A stretch of DNA of 64,000 nt. Source: Vicugna vicugna (taxonomy: Eukaryota). The DNA is taken from positions 37,145 through 101,144 of the forward strand of contig MU058010.1 in assembly GCA_013265495.1 (NCBI GenBank), read 5' to 3'. Below are positions 13,330 through 26,765 of this stretch, piece by piece; within the stretch, counting starts at the first letter, position 1, and each line of letters starts with the position of its first letter. The position numbers were made by a program, and so were the translations under genes. The notes under the pieces were generated by a model that did no database searches, was not told the origin of the DNA, and saw only the letters and a list, made by a program, of their open reading frames with translations.

Positions 13330-14152
13330 TAAAATAAATGATACTATCTTTTACCATAGCTTTTTGCAAAATGAAAATGGCTTTTTGCATTTGCTGATTA
13401 TTTAAATAATACATGCTCATTGTATAAACAAATGCACGGTAAAACTGGATAGATTCAAAGAAAAGAAGTACCCTAAAAATTGTATCATCCAATCACCCAG
13501 AAATAAGCATGTTAAATTAAGAGTATAATTTTAAGACTTTTTTTCTATGCATAAACTCACATAAATACAGTACACCAATTAAAACAGGATAACTTTATTT
13601 TTATTTTTTATAGTGTGTTTTTATTTATTTTTATACTGTGTTTTTAATATAATAATATATTATGGGCATCTCTCTATATTAATAAATATATGTTTTAGTT
13701 AAGAATTTCAAAAAATTTACTAAGATGTACAAAACTTACAGCAAATACTGCTTAGTTTATTCTTAAGACCCAGAACTAGTAGAAAAGTCAATGTGGGCAA
13801 TTCACGGTAGACTTAGTCACTCCAGTGTTTTCTAGTTCTATGTGGTTTAATGTAGTCACAGCACTTCCAGGACTTTTCTTCTGTTTTCTCCTCCCCTCCA
13901 TGCAGGGTGATTTTTCGGCTACTGGGCAAGGGCTATAAATCATCTGGATGGCAGAGAGAACAGGGCTTCATCTCTGGTGATGCTCATCTGTCCTGGGCTG
14001 CCTTTATCTGAGCTTTAGGCAGCAGCTTTCATTCTTGCTACATCTGGCAAGAGGGTCAGAATCATTTCTTGATATCTGGCTGTCAGATTGTACATTCTCC
14101 ATTCACTTTTATTCCAAATACAAGGTCTCTTCAGGTCTGCCTCCCATCCCAT

Positions 14153-14490
14153 CTGTCTTAGTCTGTTCAGTCTGCTATAACAAAATACCACAGACTGGGT
14201 GGCTTAAACAGAGGATGTGTATTTCTCACAGCTCTGGAGGCTGGGCTGTCCAAGATCAAGGTGCCATCCGATTCAGAGTCTGTCTTTGAACAGCTTTTCT
14301 AGGTTCAAAGACAGCTATCACAACGTAGAAGAGGGCAAGGCAGCTCTCTGGAGCCTCCTTTATAAGGGCACCAGTCCCATTCGTGAGGGTGCCACCCCCA
14401 TAACCTAGTTATCTCCCAAAGATCCCACCTCCTAATGGCATCACCTTTCGGGTTAGGATTTCACAGATGAATTTTGAGGGCACACAGAAA
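14153..14490 (-). mobile_element. MaLR (MLT1-type) LTR
   Basis: tgtcttagtctgttcag...ctataacaaaataccacagactgggtggcttaaac is the typical MLT1 end on the minus strand. Confidence 0.75.
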
Positions 14491-14608
14491 TCCACTCTAC
14501 AATGTCATCTGTGCCCTCACAGCTGCTCTCCAATGCCAAACTGAGATTGCTCTCAGGACCACTTGCTGCACATCTAACAGTTATTGCTATCCTTTTGCTA
14601 GGGTACCA

Positions 14609-15122
14609 TGTTATGGTAGGATCAGTAATGGCCCCAACGATATTCACATTTTCCTCATCAGAACTTATAAGTATGTTACTTTACACAGTAAAAGGGGTTT
14701 TGCAGATTTTTCAGGTAAAAGAATGTGCGATTAAGTTGAAGATCTTGAGAGAGAGAGATTATATTGGATTATCTTGGTAGACCCAAAAATAAAACAAGGC
14801 CCATATAAAAGGGAAGCAGGAAGATCAGAAGCAGAAAAGATATGACAATGGAAGCAGAGAGAGAGGCTGTAAGATGCTATCCTGCTGGATTTAGAGATGA
14901 AAAGGGGGAATATAAAGTAGCTTCTAGAAGCTAGAAGAGGCAAGGAATAGATTCTCCCCTGAAGCCTTCAGAAAGACTGTAGCCTTCCCAACAACCTTGA
15001 TTTCAGCACACAGACTAATTTCATGCTTCTGACCTCTAGAATTATAAGGTAATAAATTGCATTGTTTTTTAAGTCACCAAGTTTGTGGTGACTTGTTATA
15101 GCAGCAATTTGAAACTAATACA
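14609..15122 (+). mobile_element. MaLR (MLT1-type) LTR
   Basis: tgttatggtagg...aatggcccc...aataaattg...gaaactaataca. Confidence 0.75.
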
Positions 15123-15931
15123 CATAGAGTTTCTTTAAAAGGCCTGCAGTGACCCGGGGCTATACCTAGAAAAGTAAAACATTGGTACCCACTCCATTGG
15201 TGCATTTCAATTGAAACTGGATTTCTATTCTTCCCACTCATCCCACCTTCAAAGCTTCGCCAACAAAAATGCAGAGAACTATGTTCTTTCCCAGAGATCA
15301 CTGATAACAGCTAAGTCTACTGCTCTACTCTCTGTCTGTGAAAAATTAAACCTGTTTCTTTGCCCAGAAAGGAGGGAAAACTCACCATTCATTCCTCCAA
15401 ATCTATCATCTGTTTTAACACTTCAGGGCTTTGGCATCCAATATGCAAAGCCAAACTTTTCAAACTAAACATCTTTCTCTCACAAAGTCCAACTATTGCA
15501 AATCTAAACTTTTTGATTTATGCTTAAAATTTCATTCACATAACAAATGTGTTCTGTTATATTTGTCCCCCTCCTGAGCCAATGAAAGCATTGATTCAAT
15601 TATTTAAACTTTCTTTTTTTTTAAATTTGTTATTGATTTATAATCATTTTACAATGCTGTGTCAAATTCCAGTATAGAGCACAATTTTTCAGTTGTACAT
15701 GAACATATATAAATATATTCATTGTCGCATTTTTTTCTCTGTGAGCTACCACAAAATCTTGTAAATATTTCCCTGTGCTATACAGTATAATCTTGTTTAT
15801 CTATTCTGCAACTTTGAAATCCCAGTCTATCCCTTCCTAGCACCACCCCCTTGGCAAACACAAGTTTGTGTTCTATGTCTATGAGACTATTTCTGTTTTG
15901 TATTTATACTTTGTTTGTTTGGTTTTTTTTT

Positions 15932-18900
15932 TTAGATTTCACATATGAGCAATCTCATATGGTATTTTTCTTTCTCTTTCTGGCTTACTTCACTTAGAAT
16001 GACATTCTCCAGGAGCATCCATGTTGCTGCAAATGGCATTATGTTGTCGGTTTTTATAGCTGAGTAGTATTCCGTTGTATAAATATACCACCTCTTCTTT
16101 ATCCAGTCACCTGTTGATGGACATTTAGGCTGTTTCCATGTTTTGGCTATTGTAAATACTGCTGCTATGAACATTGGGGTGCAGGTGTCATCCTGAAGTA
16201 GATTTCCTTCTGGATACAAGCCCAGGAGTGGGATTCTTGGGTCATATGGTAAGTATATTCCTAGTCATTTGAGGAATCTCCACACTGTTTTCCATAGTGG
16301 TTGCACCAAACTGCATTCCCACCAGCAGTGTAGGAGGGTTCCCCTTTCTCCACAGCCTCTCCAGCATTTGTCATTTGTGGATTTTTGAATGATGGCCATT
16401 CTGACTGGTGTGAGGTGATACCTCATTGTAGTTTTGATTTGCACTTCTCTGATAATTAGTGATATTGAGCATTTTTTCATGTGCTTTTTGATCATTTGTA
16501 TGTCTTCCTTGGAGAATTGCTTGTTTAGGTCTTCTGCCCATTTTTGGATTGGGTTGTTTATTTTTTTCTTATTGAGTCGTATGAGCTGCTTATATATTCT
16601 GGAGATCAAGCCTTTGTCGGTTTCACTTGCAAAAATTTTCTCCCATTCCGTAGGTTTTCTTCTTGTTTTATTTCTGGTTTCCTTTGCTCTGCAGAAGCTT
16701 GTAAGTTTCATTAGGTCCCATTTGTTTATTCTTGCTTTTATTTCTTCTAGGAGAAAATTTTTGAAATGTATGTCAGATAATGTTTTGCCTATGTTTTCCT
16801 CTAGGAGGTTTATTGTATCTTGTCTTATGTTTAAGTCTTTAATCCATTTTGAGTTGATTTTTGTATATGGTGTAAGGGTGTGTTCTAGCTTCATTGTTTT
16901 ACATGCTGCTGTCCAGTTTTCCCAACACCATTTGCTGAAGAGACTGTCTTTATTCCATTGTATATTCTTGCCTCCTTTGTCGAAGATGAGTTGACCAAAA
17001 GTTTGTGGGTTCATTTCTGGGCTCTCTATTCTGTTCCATTGGTCTATATGTCTGTTTTGGTACCAATACCATGCTGTCTTGATGACTGTAGCTCTATAGT
17101 ATTGTCTGAAGTCTGGGAGAGTTATTCCTCCAGCCTCTTTCTTTCTCTTCAGTAATGCTTTAGCAATTCTAGGTCTTTGATGGTTCCATATAAATTTTAT
17201 TATGATTTGTTCTAGTTCTGTGAAATATGTCCTGGGTAATTGGATAGGGATTGCATTAAATCTGTAGATTGCCTTGGGCAGTGTGACCATTTTAACAATA
17301 TTGATTCTTCCAATCCAAGAGCATGGAATATCTTTCCATTTTTTAAAGTCTTCTTTAATTTCCTTCATCAATGGTTTATAGTTTTCTGTGTATAATTCTT
17401 TCACCTCCTTGGTTAGATTTATTCCCAGATATTTTATTACTTTGGGTGCTATTTTAAAGGGGATTGTTTCTTTACTTTCTTTTTCTGTTGATTTATCGTT
17501 AGTGTAAAGAAAGGCAACTGATTTTTGAACATTAATTTTGTAACCTGCTACCTTGCTGAATTCTTCGATCAGCTCTAGTAGCTTTTTTGTGGACCTTTTA
17601 GGGTTTTCTATATATAGTAACATGTCGTCAGCATATAATGACACTTTTACCTCTTCTTTTCCAATTTGGATCCCTTTTATTTCTTTCTCTTGCCTGATTG
17701 CTGTGGCTAGGACTTCCAGGACTATATTGAATAGGAGTGGTGATAGTGGGCATCCTTGTCTTGTCCCAGATTTTAGTGGGAAGCTTTTGAGTTTTTCACC
17801 GTTGAGAACTATGCTGGCTATAGGTTTGTCATATATAGCTTTTATTATGTTGAGATATGTTCCCTCTATACCCACTTTGGCGAGAGTTTTTATCATAAAT
17901 GGGTGTTGAATTTTATCAAATGCTTTTTCTGCATCGATTGAGATGATCATGTGGTTTTTGTCCTTTCTCTTGTTGATGTGATGTATTACATTGATTGATT
18001 TGCGTATGTTGAACCAGCCTTGTGTCCCTGGGATGAACCCCACTTGGTCATGATGTATAATCTTTTTTATGTGTTGTTGGATTCTATTTGCTAAAATTTT
18101 GGTGAGGATTTTGGCGTCTATGTTCATCAGTGATATTGGCCTATAATTCTCTTTTTTTGTAGTGTCTTTGCCTGGTTTTGGTATCAGGGTGATGGTGGCT
18201 TCATAGAATGAGTTTGGGAGTATTCCCTCCTTCTCAGTCTTCTGGAAGAGTTTGAGAAGAACTGGTATGATTTCTTCTTTGTTTGGTAGAATTCCCCTGT
18301 GAAGCCGTCCAGCCCTGGACTTTTATTTGTGGGGAGGTTTTTTTGTTGTTGTTGTTGCTATTTCAATTTCATTTCTAGTGATTGGTTTATTCAAGTGGTC
18401 GGTTTCTTCTTGATTCAGTCTTGGTGGACAGTATGTTTCCAGAAACTTGTCCATCTCCTCTAGGTTATCCAGTTTGGTTCCATATAGTTTTTCATAATAT
18501 TCTCGTATGATATTCTGTATTTCTATTTTGTTTGTTGTAATTTCTCCATTTTCCTTTCTTATTTTGCTAATTTGTGCTCTCTCTTTTTTCTTCTTTGTGA
18601 GTTTGGCCAGAGGTTTGTCAAGTTAATTTACTTTTTCAAAAAGCCAGCTTTTGGTTTGATTGATTTTTTCTATGGTTTATTTAATCTCCATTTTACTTAT
18701 TTCCTCCCTAATCTTTATAATTTTCTTCCTTCTGCTGCTTTTTGGGATTTTTTTGTTCTTCTTTTCCTAATTGATTCATGTGGTGCGTTAACTTGTTTAT
18801 TTGAGATTGTTCTTCTTTTTTGAGGAGGGCCTGTATCGCTATAAACTTCCCTCTTAGCACTACCTTTGCTGTGTCCCATAAATTTTGTATGGTTGTGCTT

Positions 18901-19736
18901 TCATTTTCATTTGTCTCAAATTATTTTTAAAATTCAGCTTTGATTTCCTCACTGATCCATTGGTTTTTTAATAGCATATTATATAATCTCCATGCTTTCC
19001 TTTTTTTCTCCTTTGTTTCTCTGTTGTTGATTTCTAGTTTCCTGGCATTGTCGTCAGTAAAGATGCTTGAGATAATTTCTATCTTCTTAAATTTGTTGAG
19101 GTTTCTTTTGTGCCCAAGGACTTGATCAATCCTGAAAAATGTTCCATGTGCACTTGAAAATAATGTATATTCTACTTTTTGGGGGTGTACTGCTCTGAAA
19201 ATATCCACCAAATCTAGTTTTTCTATTGTAGTATTTAATTTCTCTGTTGCCTTATTTATTTTCTGTCTGGAAGATCTGTCTAGTGATGTTAATGCAGTGT
19301 TAAAATCTCCAACTATGATTGTATTCCCATCAATATCCCCCTTTATCTCTGTTAGTAATTGTTATATGTATTTAGGTGCTCCTATATTGGGTACATATAT
19401 ATTAAAGAGTGTAATATCCTCATCTTGTATCACTCCTTTAATCATTATAAAATGTCCTTCTTTATCTTTTTTTATGGCCTTTGTTTTAAAGTCTATTTTG
19501 TCTGAAATCCGTACAGCTACACCTGCTTTTTTGGCTTTTCCATTTGCATGGAACATCCTTTTCCATCCTTTCACTCTCAATCTATATGTGTCCTTCTCCC
19601 TAAAGTGGGTCTCTTATATGCAGCATATTGAAGATTCTTGCTTTATTATCCAGTCTACCACTCTATGTCTTTTGACTGGTGCATTTAGTCCATTAATGTT
19701 TACAGTAATTAATGATAGATGTGTGTTTATTGCCAT
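15932..19736 (-). pseudogene. L1 ORF2p (endonuclease/reverse transcriptase), frameshifted; 620-aa open segment 16265-18127
   Basis: RT motifs [40 protein letters not shown], and the C-terminal HCWWEC motif. Endonuclease fragments at 18927-19580. Probable ATG at 19736. Confidence 0.92.
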
Positions 19737-20081
19737 TTTGAACTTATCTTTGCAGTTGATTTGGTATTTCCTCTTTGTTCCTTTCTTCTTCCTTTTGTGG
19801 TTTGGAAATTTTCCTTTGTATTATCATGGATTTTATTTAGTTTTTGTGACTCCTTTGAAGTTTTTGGCTTGTGGTTACCCTTTTTTGTAAGTCTATTAGC
19901 CCATTACTATTACTGTTTTTATTAAACTGATAGTAACATGATCTCAAACCCATCCTACTAAGAACAAAAAACTTTAAAAAGAAAGAAAAACTATTCTATA
20001 TTTTCCTGCCTGAGCACTCTCAATGATTTAGACGTCTTGTTTTACAATTTTGTGTTTATTTTATTTGTAATTTATGAGTTA

Positions 20082-21036
20082 TCACCTTTCCAGTTGTGAG
20101 TTTCTCATTTCTGTAGCATCCTGCTGCTTTTCTACTTGGAGTAGACCTTTCAATATTTCTATTAGCATGGGTTTAGCGTTGCTAAACTCTAGTAGTTTTT
20201 TCTTCTCTGTGAAATTCTTTATGTCTCCTTCTAACCTAAAGGATAGCCTTGCTGGATAAAGTATCCTAGGCTGCATCTTTTTTTCATTCAGGACTTTGAA
20301 TATATCTTGCCACTCCCTTCTGGCCTGTAGTGTTTGTGTAGAGAAATCAGCTGAGAGCCTTATGGGGGTTCCCTTGTAACTCACTCTTTGCTTTTTTCTC
20401 TTGCTGCCTTTAGCATCATTTCTTTATCCTTGACTCTGACCATCTTGATTATATGTCTTGGTGTGGGTCTATTTGGGTTCTTCCTGTTTGGGACCCTCTG
20501 GGCTTCCTGTCCTTGGATATCTGATTCCTTCTTTAAGTTTGGGAAGTTTTCAATCATGATTTCTTCCAATACCTTTTCAATCCCCTTTGATCTTTCTTCC
20601 CCTTCTGGGACCCCTATTATTTGAAGATTGGCACACTTTGTATTATCCCATAGGTGCCTTATGCTATTTTCATTTGTTTTTATTTGTTTATCTTGTAGCT
20701 GTTCTTATTGGGTGCTTTCTGTTGTCCTGTCTTCTAGGTCACTTATTCGTTCCTCTACATTATCTAGTCGGCTTTGCACAGCCTTTAGATCATTTCTCAT
20801 CTCAGCCAATGAGTTTACCAAATCTACTTGGCTTTTCTTTATACTTCCATTTCATTTTTGACATATTTTATATCTCTAAACACTATCTCTTTTAGTTCCT
20901 TCGGTACTTTGATCACTCCTTTTTTGAAATCTTGATCTAGTAGGCTTTCGATATCTATTTCATTGATCATTCTTTCAGGGGATTTCTCTTATTCTTTTAA
21001 TTGGGAATGGTTTCTCTGCTTCTTCATCTTGCTCAT
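20082..21036 (-). pseudogene. L1 ORF1p, disrupted
   Basis: Fragments EEIMIENFPNL...AQRVP...TPRHIIK and YKGTPIRLSADFS...ARREW...YPARLSF. Probable start MSKMKKQRNHSQ, with an in-frame stop. Confidence 0.88.
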
Positions 21037-23019
21037 ACTTCTCTGGCACTGAGGTTTTTGGAGTATCAGTTCTATTGTGGTCCTTAAGGAGTTTATCTAT
21101 CTAATGCTTATGTAGGAATAAAACTTAAAAAAAGAGAGAGAGAGAAAGAATTTTAAAAGAAGGGAGAAAAAAATGTTTGAAAACAGTATAATGAATAATA
21201 GAAGAGCAAGCTGAAGCAGAATAGCAATCAGTTCGAGACGTTCTTTTAAAACCTTTAAAAAAGGAGAAAAGAGAAAAAAATGTATTTGAAACCTCTGTAT
21301 AATCAATAACGACATCAAAACCATGAGAAATAAAAATGAAATGATGTGGATTTTTAAAAATAATAATAATAAAAATTTTTAAAAATTTAAAAGTAAAAGG
21401 GACTAAAACTGGGGGTATATATAATGGTTTAAGAAGTAAAAATTAAAAGGGTAATAGAAAATAGAACAGGTAAAAACAGATTTTTTAAAAAGGGGGAGTA
21501 CGGTGTTCTCCTGGAGACTGTGTGCTCTTAATGCAAATTCTTTCTGTCTTCTTCCTGTTTTGGAAGCTCAGCTTGCTGTTTCCAGAGGTCCTCCATTGGC
21601 GCCTTCATCTGTACCGCTCCCAGTGCCTGTTGGCAAGCAGATCATGCCCCCACCCCACACTGGGTCAGGTGCAGCTCTCCTCTGCTGTGGGTGGGCAGGT
21701 CACTGCCCCTCCCGATGCCACAGTCAGATGTTACAGACTGGCCAGGTAGGAGGGCGGGTCACGCCCCCTCCCAGCACCATGGTCAGAGACTGCGTTCCTG
21801 CCAGAAAGGTAGGGGGCCGCCCTCTTCCTGGTCCTGGTAGCTCCACTGCTCTGTGCGGCTTCTCACTCTGTAGGCGGGCTGGAGGAAGACAGAGGAACAG
21901 CCCTGCCCCTACTCCAGGCCAAAACCCAGCTCCTTGTTTGTCTTTGCGATGCAAGTTCTCTGAGAGACCAGGACGGAAGGATCCTATCTGCCTCAGGCTG
22001 TAGACAAGTCTCCGTTTGGCCTTTGAGGCTGTTAAGCCCTTAGGTGTGGATTCAGGTTTCGCCTTCGCCCCGCCCACACCTGGTTGCTAAGCACCAGAGG
22101 ATATGGCGGCTGTGCCTGAGCCCCGCCTCTTTTCACCCGAAAACTTTCTGCGGGTTTTCAGAGATGGCGGTATGCACCCTTACCCCCAGGGCACATCAGC
22201 CCTGTTGTTTTATGGAGGGCCCAGGTTGTTCTTCCCTGTGCACCCATAGCCATGGCTCACAGCCCCCTGCAGTTCCCCAGGGCTGCCTCAGTGCAGCCGT
22301 CCCCGCTCTACGCCTTACTTGGCCAGCCTGGCCCTGCCCGCCGCTGCTGGCCCACGTCTTGGGTTGGGTGTTGCAGGGACCCTCTGTGCCCATTTAACTT
22401 AGTTCTGTCAGTCAAAGTCTGCTCTGTACAGATCCAAGCCTCGGAGGCTCCTCCTCCGACCTGCTGGCCTCTCAGTTGGAGAGGGGAGACCCAGTGAACA
22501 AGCGCCAGTCTTCCTTTGCCACTCCCTCCCCCCCGGGACCGGTCCCACACTGTTTTGCCTTTTCTTCTTTCTTTTTAACTTTTCTCCTATCAGATTTTTG
22601 GCATCTCTATCTTTTGAAGAGGCTGATGTTCTGTCAGAGTTCCGCAGGTGCTCTGGTTGGCTGAGTGGGTCTGTGGATGTGAGTCTTGGTGTATCTGTGG
22701 GAGAGGGTGAGCTACAAGCATCCTTCTACTCTGCCATCTTGGCCTCCTCTCAATGATTTAACTTTTCATACAAACCTCTATCAACATTTTTAATGACTGT
22801 GGATTATTCTATTACATGGTTACTCCAGAATTTGTTTACCTAATTCTTTTTTTTCCCCAATTCCCTTTTGATGGACATTTTGATTGTTACCAAATTTTAC
22901 TAATATGAAAAATGCCAAAATGAATATTCTTGTACATACATTTTGATCAGTTATGAAATCATTTCTTTTTAAAAAAGCCCTGGGAATAGATTTTCTAGGT
23001 CAAAGTGTTTGTACCTTGT

Positions 23020-23143
23020 GGGGAGGGTATAGCTCAGTGGCAGAACACATGCTTAGCATGCACAATGTCCTGGGTTCAAATCCCAGTACCTCCTCTAAAA
23101 ATAAATAAGCAAACCTAATTACCTCCCCTGCAAAAAATAGCAA
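23020..23143 (+). mobile_element. tRNA-Ala-derived SINE (Vic-1 type)
   Basis: Same head. Degenerate TSD aaagtgtttgtacctt / aaaatgtatgtacatt. Confidence 0.88.
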
Positions 23144-23814
23144 AAATGTATGTACATTTTACACTTGGAAACTTGTTGCCAAATTGATTTTCTTTTATGG
23201 TCAAGTAAAAACAATTGTCCCTCTCATTGTACCAATTTTTTCTTTTATGTATACTCAGGTATATTAGAGTCCTAGTTTATCCACATTCTGTCCAGTTATG
23301 AGTTAATCATTTCTCTTCATCTACAAGGAATCAAAAATAATATCAAACTGATATTTTACTTTGTATATCTTCATTATTCAGGTTAATCATTTTTTATGTT
23401 TACTGATCATTTTTATTTCTTCTCTAGATTCAACAATCATATTCTCAGCCCATTTTTTTACATTGGCTTCTTCATAGAAATCTTTATGTGCCATAACATT
23501 TCTCTTCATGCCTGTTACTTACCATTTTCCTTTTTATTTAGTTTTACTTTTTGTTTTACTTTTATGATTTCTCTGCCCCCATGAGATTGTCAAGTATGAC
23601 AATCATTCCTTTAAATGTTCTAATTTAGCTAGTACTCCAGCTTTTAATTTTCATACTGTTTGTGACTGGCAGAATGTGATATCTGAATGTTTGGATTAAG
23701 TAGGAACATTTTAAAAAATGAATACTTTTCCTTTTTTCCACCAAGAGAATATTATTTATTTATTTATTTATTTACTTGATATGGTTGCATTTAAGATTCC
23801 AATCTTACTATTAT

Positions 23815-26765
23815 TTTCTTTTTTAAAATTGAAGTATAATTGACTTAACAATATTATAATGTCAGATGTACAATGTGGTGATTGGATATTTTTATACATT
23901 ACAAAGTGATCACCACAATAATGGTCAGTTTCTCCATTTATGTTTGTAATAATTGTTTTTGTGTGTTTAGGTGCTTCTATGTTAGGTGTATATATATTTA
24001 CAATTATTATATCATCTTATTGGATTGATCTCTTTAACATTGTGTAATGTCTTCTATCTCTTATCACAATGTTTGTTTTAAAGTCTATTTCATACATATA
24101 CATACTGGTATATGTATTGCTACTCCAGCTTTCTTGTCCTTTCCATTTGCATGCAATACCATTTTCCATCCCTTCACTTCAGTTTATATATGTCTTTAGA
24201 ACTGAAGGGAGTCTCTTGTAGCATATATATGGGTCTTGTTTTTGTATCCATTCAGCCATCCTGTATCTTTTGATTGGAGCATTTAGTCCATTTATATTTA
24301 AAGCAATTATTCATAGGTATGTACTTATTGATATATATTTTGTTACTTGTTTTCTGGTAATTTTTGTAGTTCTTTTCTGTTTCTATCTCTTTCTTTTGTT
24401 CTCTTCCCTTGTAATTTGATAAGATTTTTTAGTGTTGTGTTTGCATTCCTTTTTCAATTTTTGTTTATTTCTTATAGGTTTTAGTTATAGTTACCATGAG
24501 GTATATATATACCTGTGTGTATATGTATATACATATATACATATATGATTAAGTTGGTGATTTCTTAAATTTGAACATACTCTAATAACCCTGCATTTTT
24601 ACGCTCCACCTCACTATGTTTAATGTTTTTGGCTTCACATATTGCAGCTTTTGATTTTTGTATCCCTTAACTACTTATTGTGGCTATAGATGATTTTGCT
24701 GCTTTGTCTTTTAATTTTCCTACTAGCTTTATAAATGGTTAGTCTACTACCTTTACTATATATTTATCTTTACCAATGAGCTCTTTCCTTTCATATTTCT
24801 AGTTGTAGTCTTTTCTTTTCTGCTTAGAGAAGTCCCTTTAACATTTCTTATAAATCTGATTTAGTAGAGCTGAACTCTTAATTTTTGCTTGTCTGAAATG
24901 TCTTTGAATTCTGAAATTCTTTTATCTCTCTTTCAAATCTGAACGACAGCCTTGCTGGGTAGAGTATTGTAGGTTTTTTTCTTTCAGTACTTTGATTACA
25001 TCATGCCACTCCCTCTAGCCTGCACAGTTCCTGCTGAGAGGTTGGCTGATAGCCTTTTGGGAATTCCATTGTTGTACCAAACTAGCTGCTTTCTCCTGCT
25101 GCTTTTAAGATTCTCTCTTGATCTTTAATTTTTGCCATTTTAATTAGAACATGATTTGGTATGGAATTCTTTGTGTTTATCTTGTTTGGGACTCTCTCTG
25201 TTTCCTGAAGCTGGGTGTCTGTTTCCTTTCCCAGGTTAAGGAAGTCTTCAGCTATTATTTCTTAACATTAGTTCTCTAACATTTTCTCTTCCTCTTCTCC
25301 TTCTAGGGTCCCTATAATGTGAATGTTAGTGTGCTTGATGTTGACCCAGAGGTCTCTTAAACTATCCTCAAGTTTAAAAGTTCTTTTTTCTTTTTCTGTT
25401 CAGCTTTGTTTATTTCCACCACTTTTTCTTCTAGTTCATTGATCTGTTCCTCTGTATCATCTAATCTACTGTTGATTCCTTCTAGTGTATTTTTTATTTC
25501 AGTTATCCTAGTCTTTACCTCTGTCTGCTTCTACTTTATATTTTTTTAATTCTTTGTTAAACTTCTCCCTCTTTTCATCCATTCTTCCCCTTAGTTGATC
25601 ATCTTTATAATTATTACCTTGAATTCTTTATTGGATAAACTACATTATCTCCATTTTGTTTATTCTTTCTCCTGGGCTTTTGTTTTGTTCCTTCTTTTAG
25701 AACATATTCCTTGTCTACTCCTCCGTGTTTATATCTATGTATTAGATAGATTGGTTATGTTTCCCGATTTGGGGGTAATGGCCTTATGTAGGAGACATAA
25801 TATGGGGCTTAACAGCACACTCTCCTCTGGTCACCAGAGATATATGCTCTAGGATTGACCCTTATGTGAGCTGCATAGCCCCTTCTGCTGTGGCAGGGCT
25901 GACTACTGCGGAGGCAGGGCTAGCCCCTGGCCAGTTGGTTATTAGGCCTTGACTTGTGTGGTGACTGCCAGTTCACTGTTGGGTAGAGGGGTCTAGGTGT
26001 GGGATTCAAAGGCCTCAAAGTTGGTGTCAGCCTGCTGATGGGTGGAGCCAGGTCCTGGAGCAGCTGGCTACATGATCTGGGGGTCCCATTGCTGTTGTTA
26101 GCCTGCTGGTGGGCAGGTAAGCTCCTATGCTGTTATGGCGCTAAAATGGCACTTGCCAATACCAGTGTTCTCACTGTAGAACAAGCTTCTAAAAATGGCT
26201 GCCACCACTGTCTATGTCCCCAGGGGGAGTCCCAGTTTCCTCTTGGACTCTCCAAGAGGTTCTCCAAGATCAGCAAGTGGGTCTGACTCATACTCCTTTC
26301 AAATTACTGCCTCTGTGCTGGGACTAGGAGCATGTGAGATTTTGTTTATGCCCTCTAGGATTGCATTTTATGTTTTCTACCACCCTCAAGTTCTCCTGGA
26401 TCCAAGCCCCACTAGCCTGAAAAGCCAGCTCTTCTAGGAGCTCATCTTCCTGATGCAGTACCCTGGGTTGATGAGCGCAATGTAGGACTTGGACTCTGTG
26501 CTTCTATGGGAGAACCTCCACAGTTGTGATTATTCTCCTATTTGTGGGTTACCTACCTGAGGACCTGGGTTTTGAATATTCCACATCTGTGTCCCTCCTA
26601 CTCATCTTGTTGTGGTTCCTTCTTTATATCTTCAGCTGTGGAAAATCTTTTCTGCTAGTCTTCAGGTTATTCTCATAGATACTTGCTGTACAAATAGTTG
26701 TAATTTTGGTGAGCCCATGGGAGGAGGTGAGCTCAGGGTCTTCCTATTCCAAACTCTTGGCCACA
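23815..26765 (-). mobile_element. Older LINE-1: 5' UTR, ORF1 and start of ORF2 joined directly to an L1 3' tail
   Basis: 5' end (ggaggaggtgagctcagggtcttcctattcc...tcttggcc) resembles the 5' end of the 15614-22750 element. ORF1-like sequence at ~24830-25620, endonuclease-start-like sequence at ~23920-24335, and L1 3' tail at 23815-23920. Confidence 0.75.

Larger units (their letters stand above)
15614..22750 (-). mobile_element. Near full-length LINE-1 (~7.1 kb), disrupted
   Basis: Poly(T) at left, GC-rich 5' UTR at ~21500-22750, and ORF1 and ORF2 remnants. Degenerate 17-bp TSD caattatttaaactttc (15597-15613) / caatgatttaacttttc (22751-22767). Confidence 0.95.

Noticed and set aside
16434..19890. 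Plus-strand ORFs of 118-197 aa within the L1
   Set aside because: These are antisense shadows of L1 ORF2.
21503..22664. ORFs in the L1 5' UTR as an ORF0 analogue
   Set aside because: Non-ATG starts, GC-rich context and no recognisable homology.
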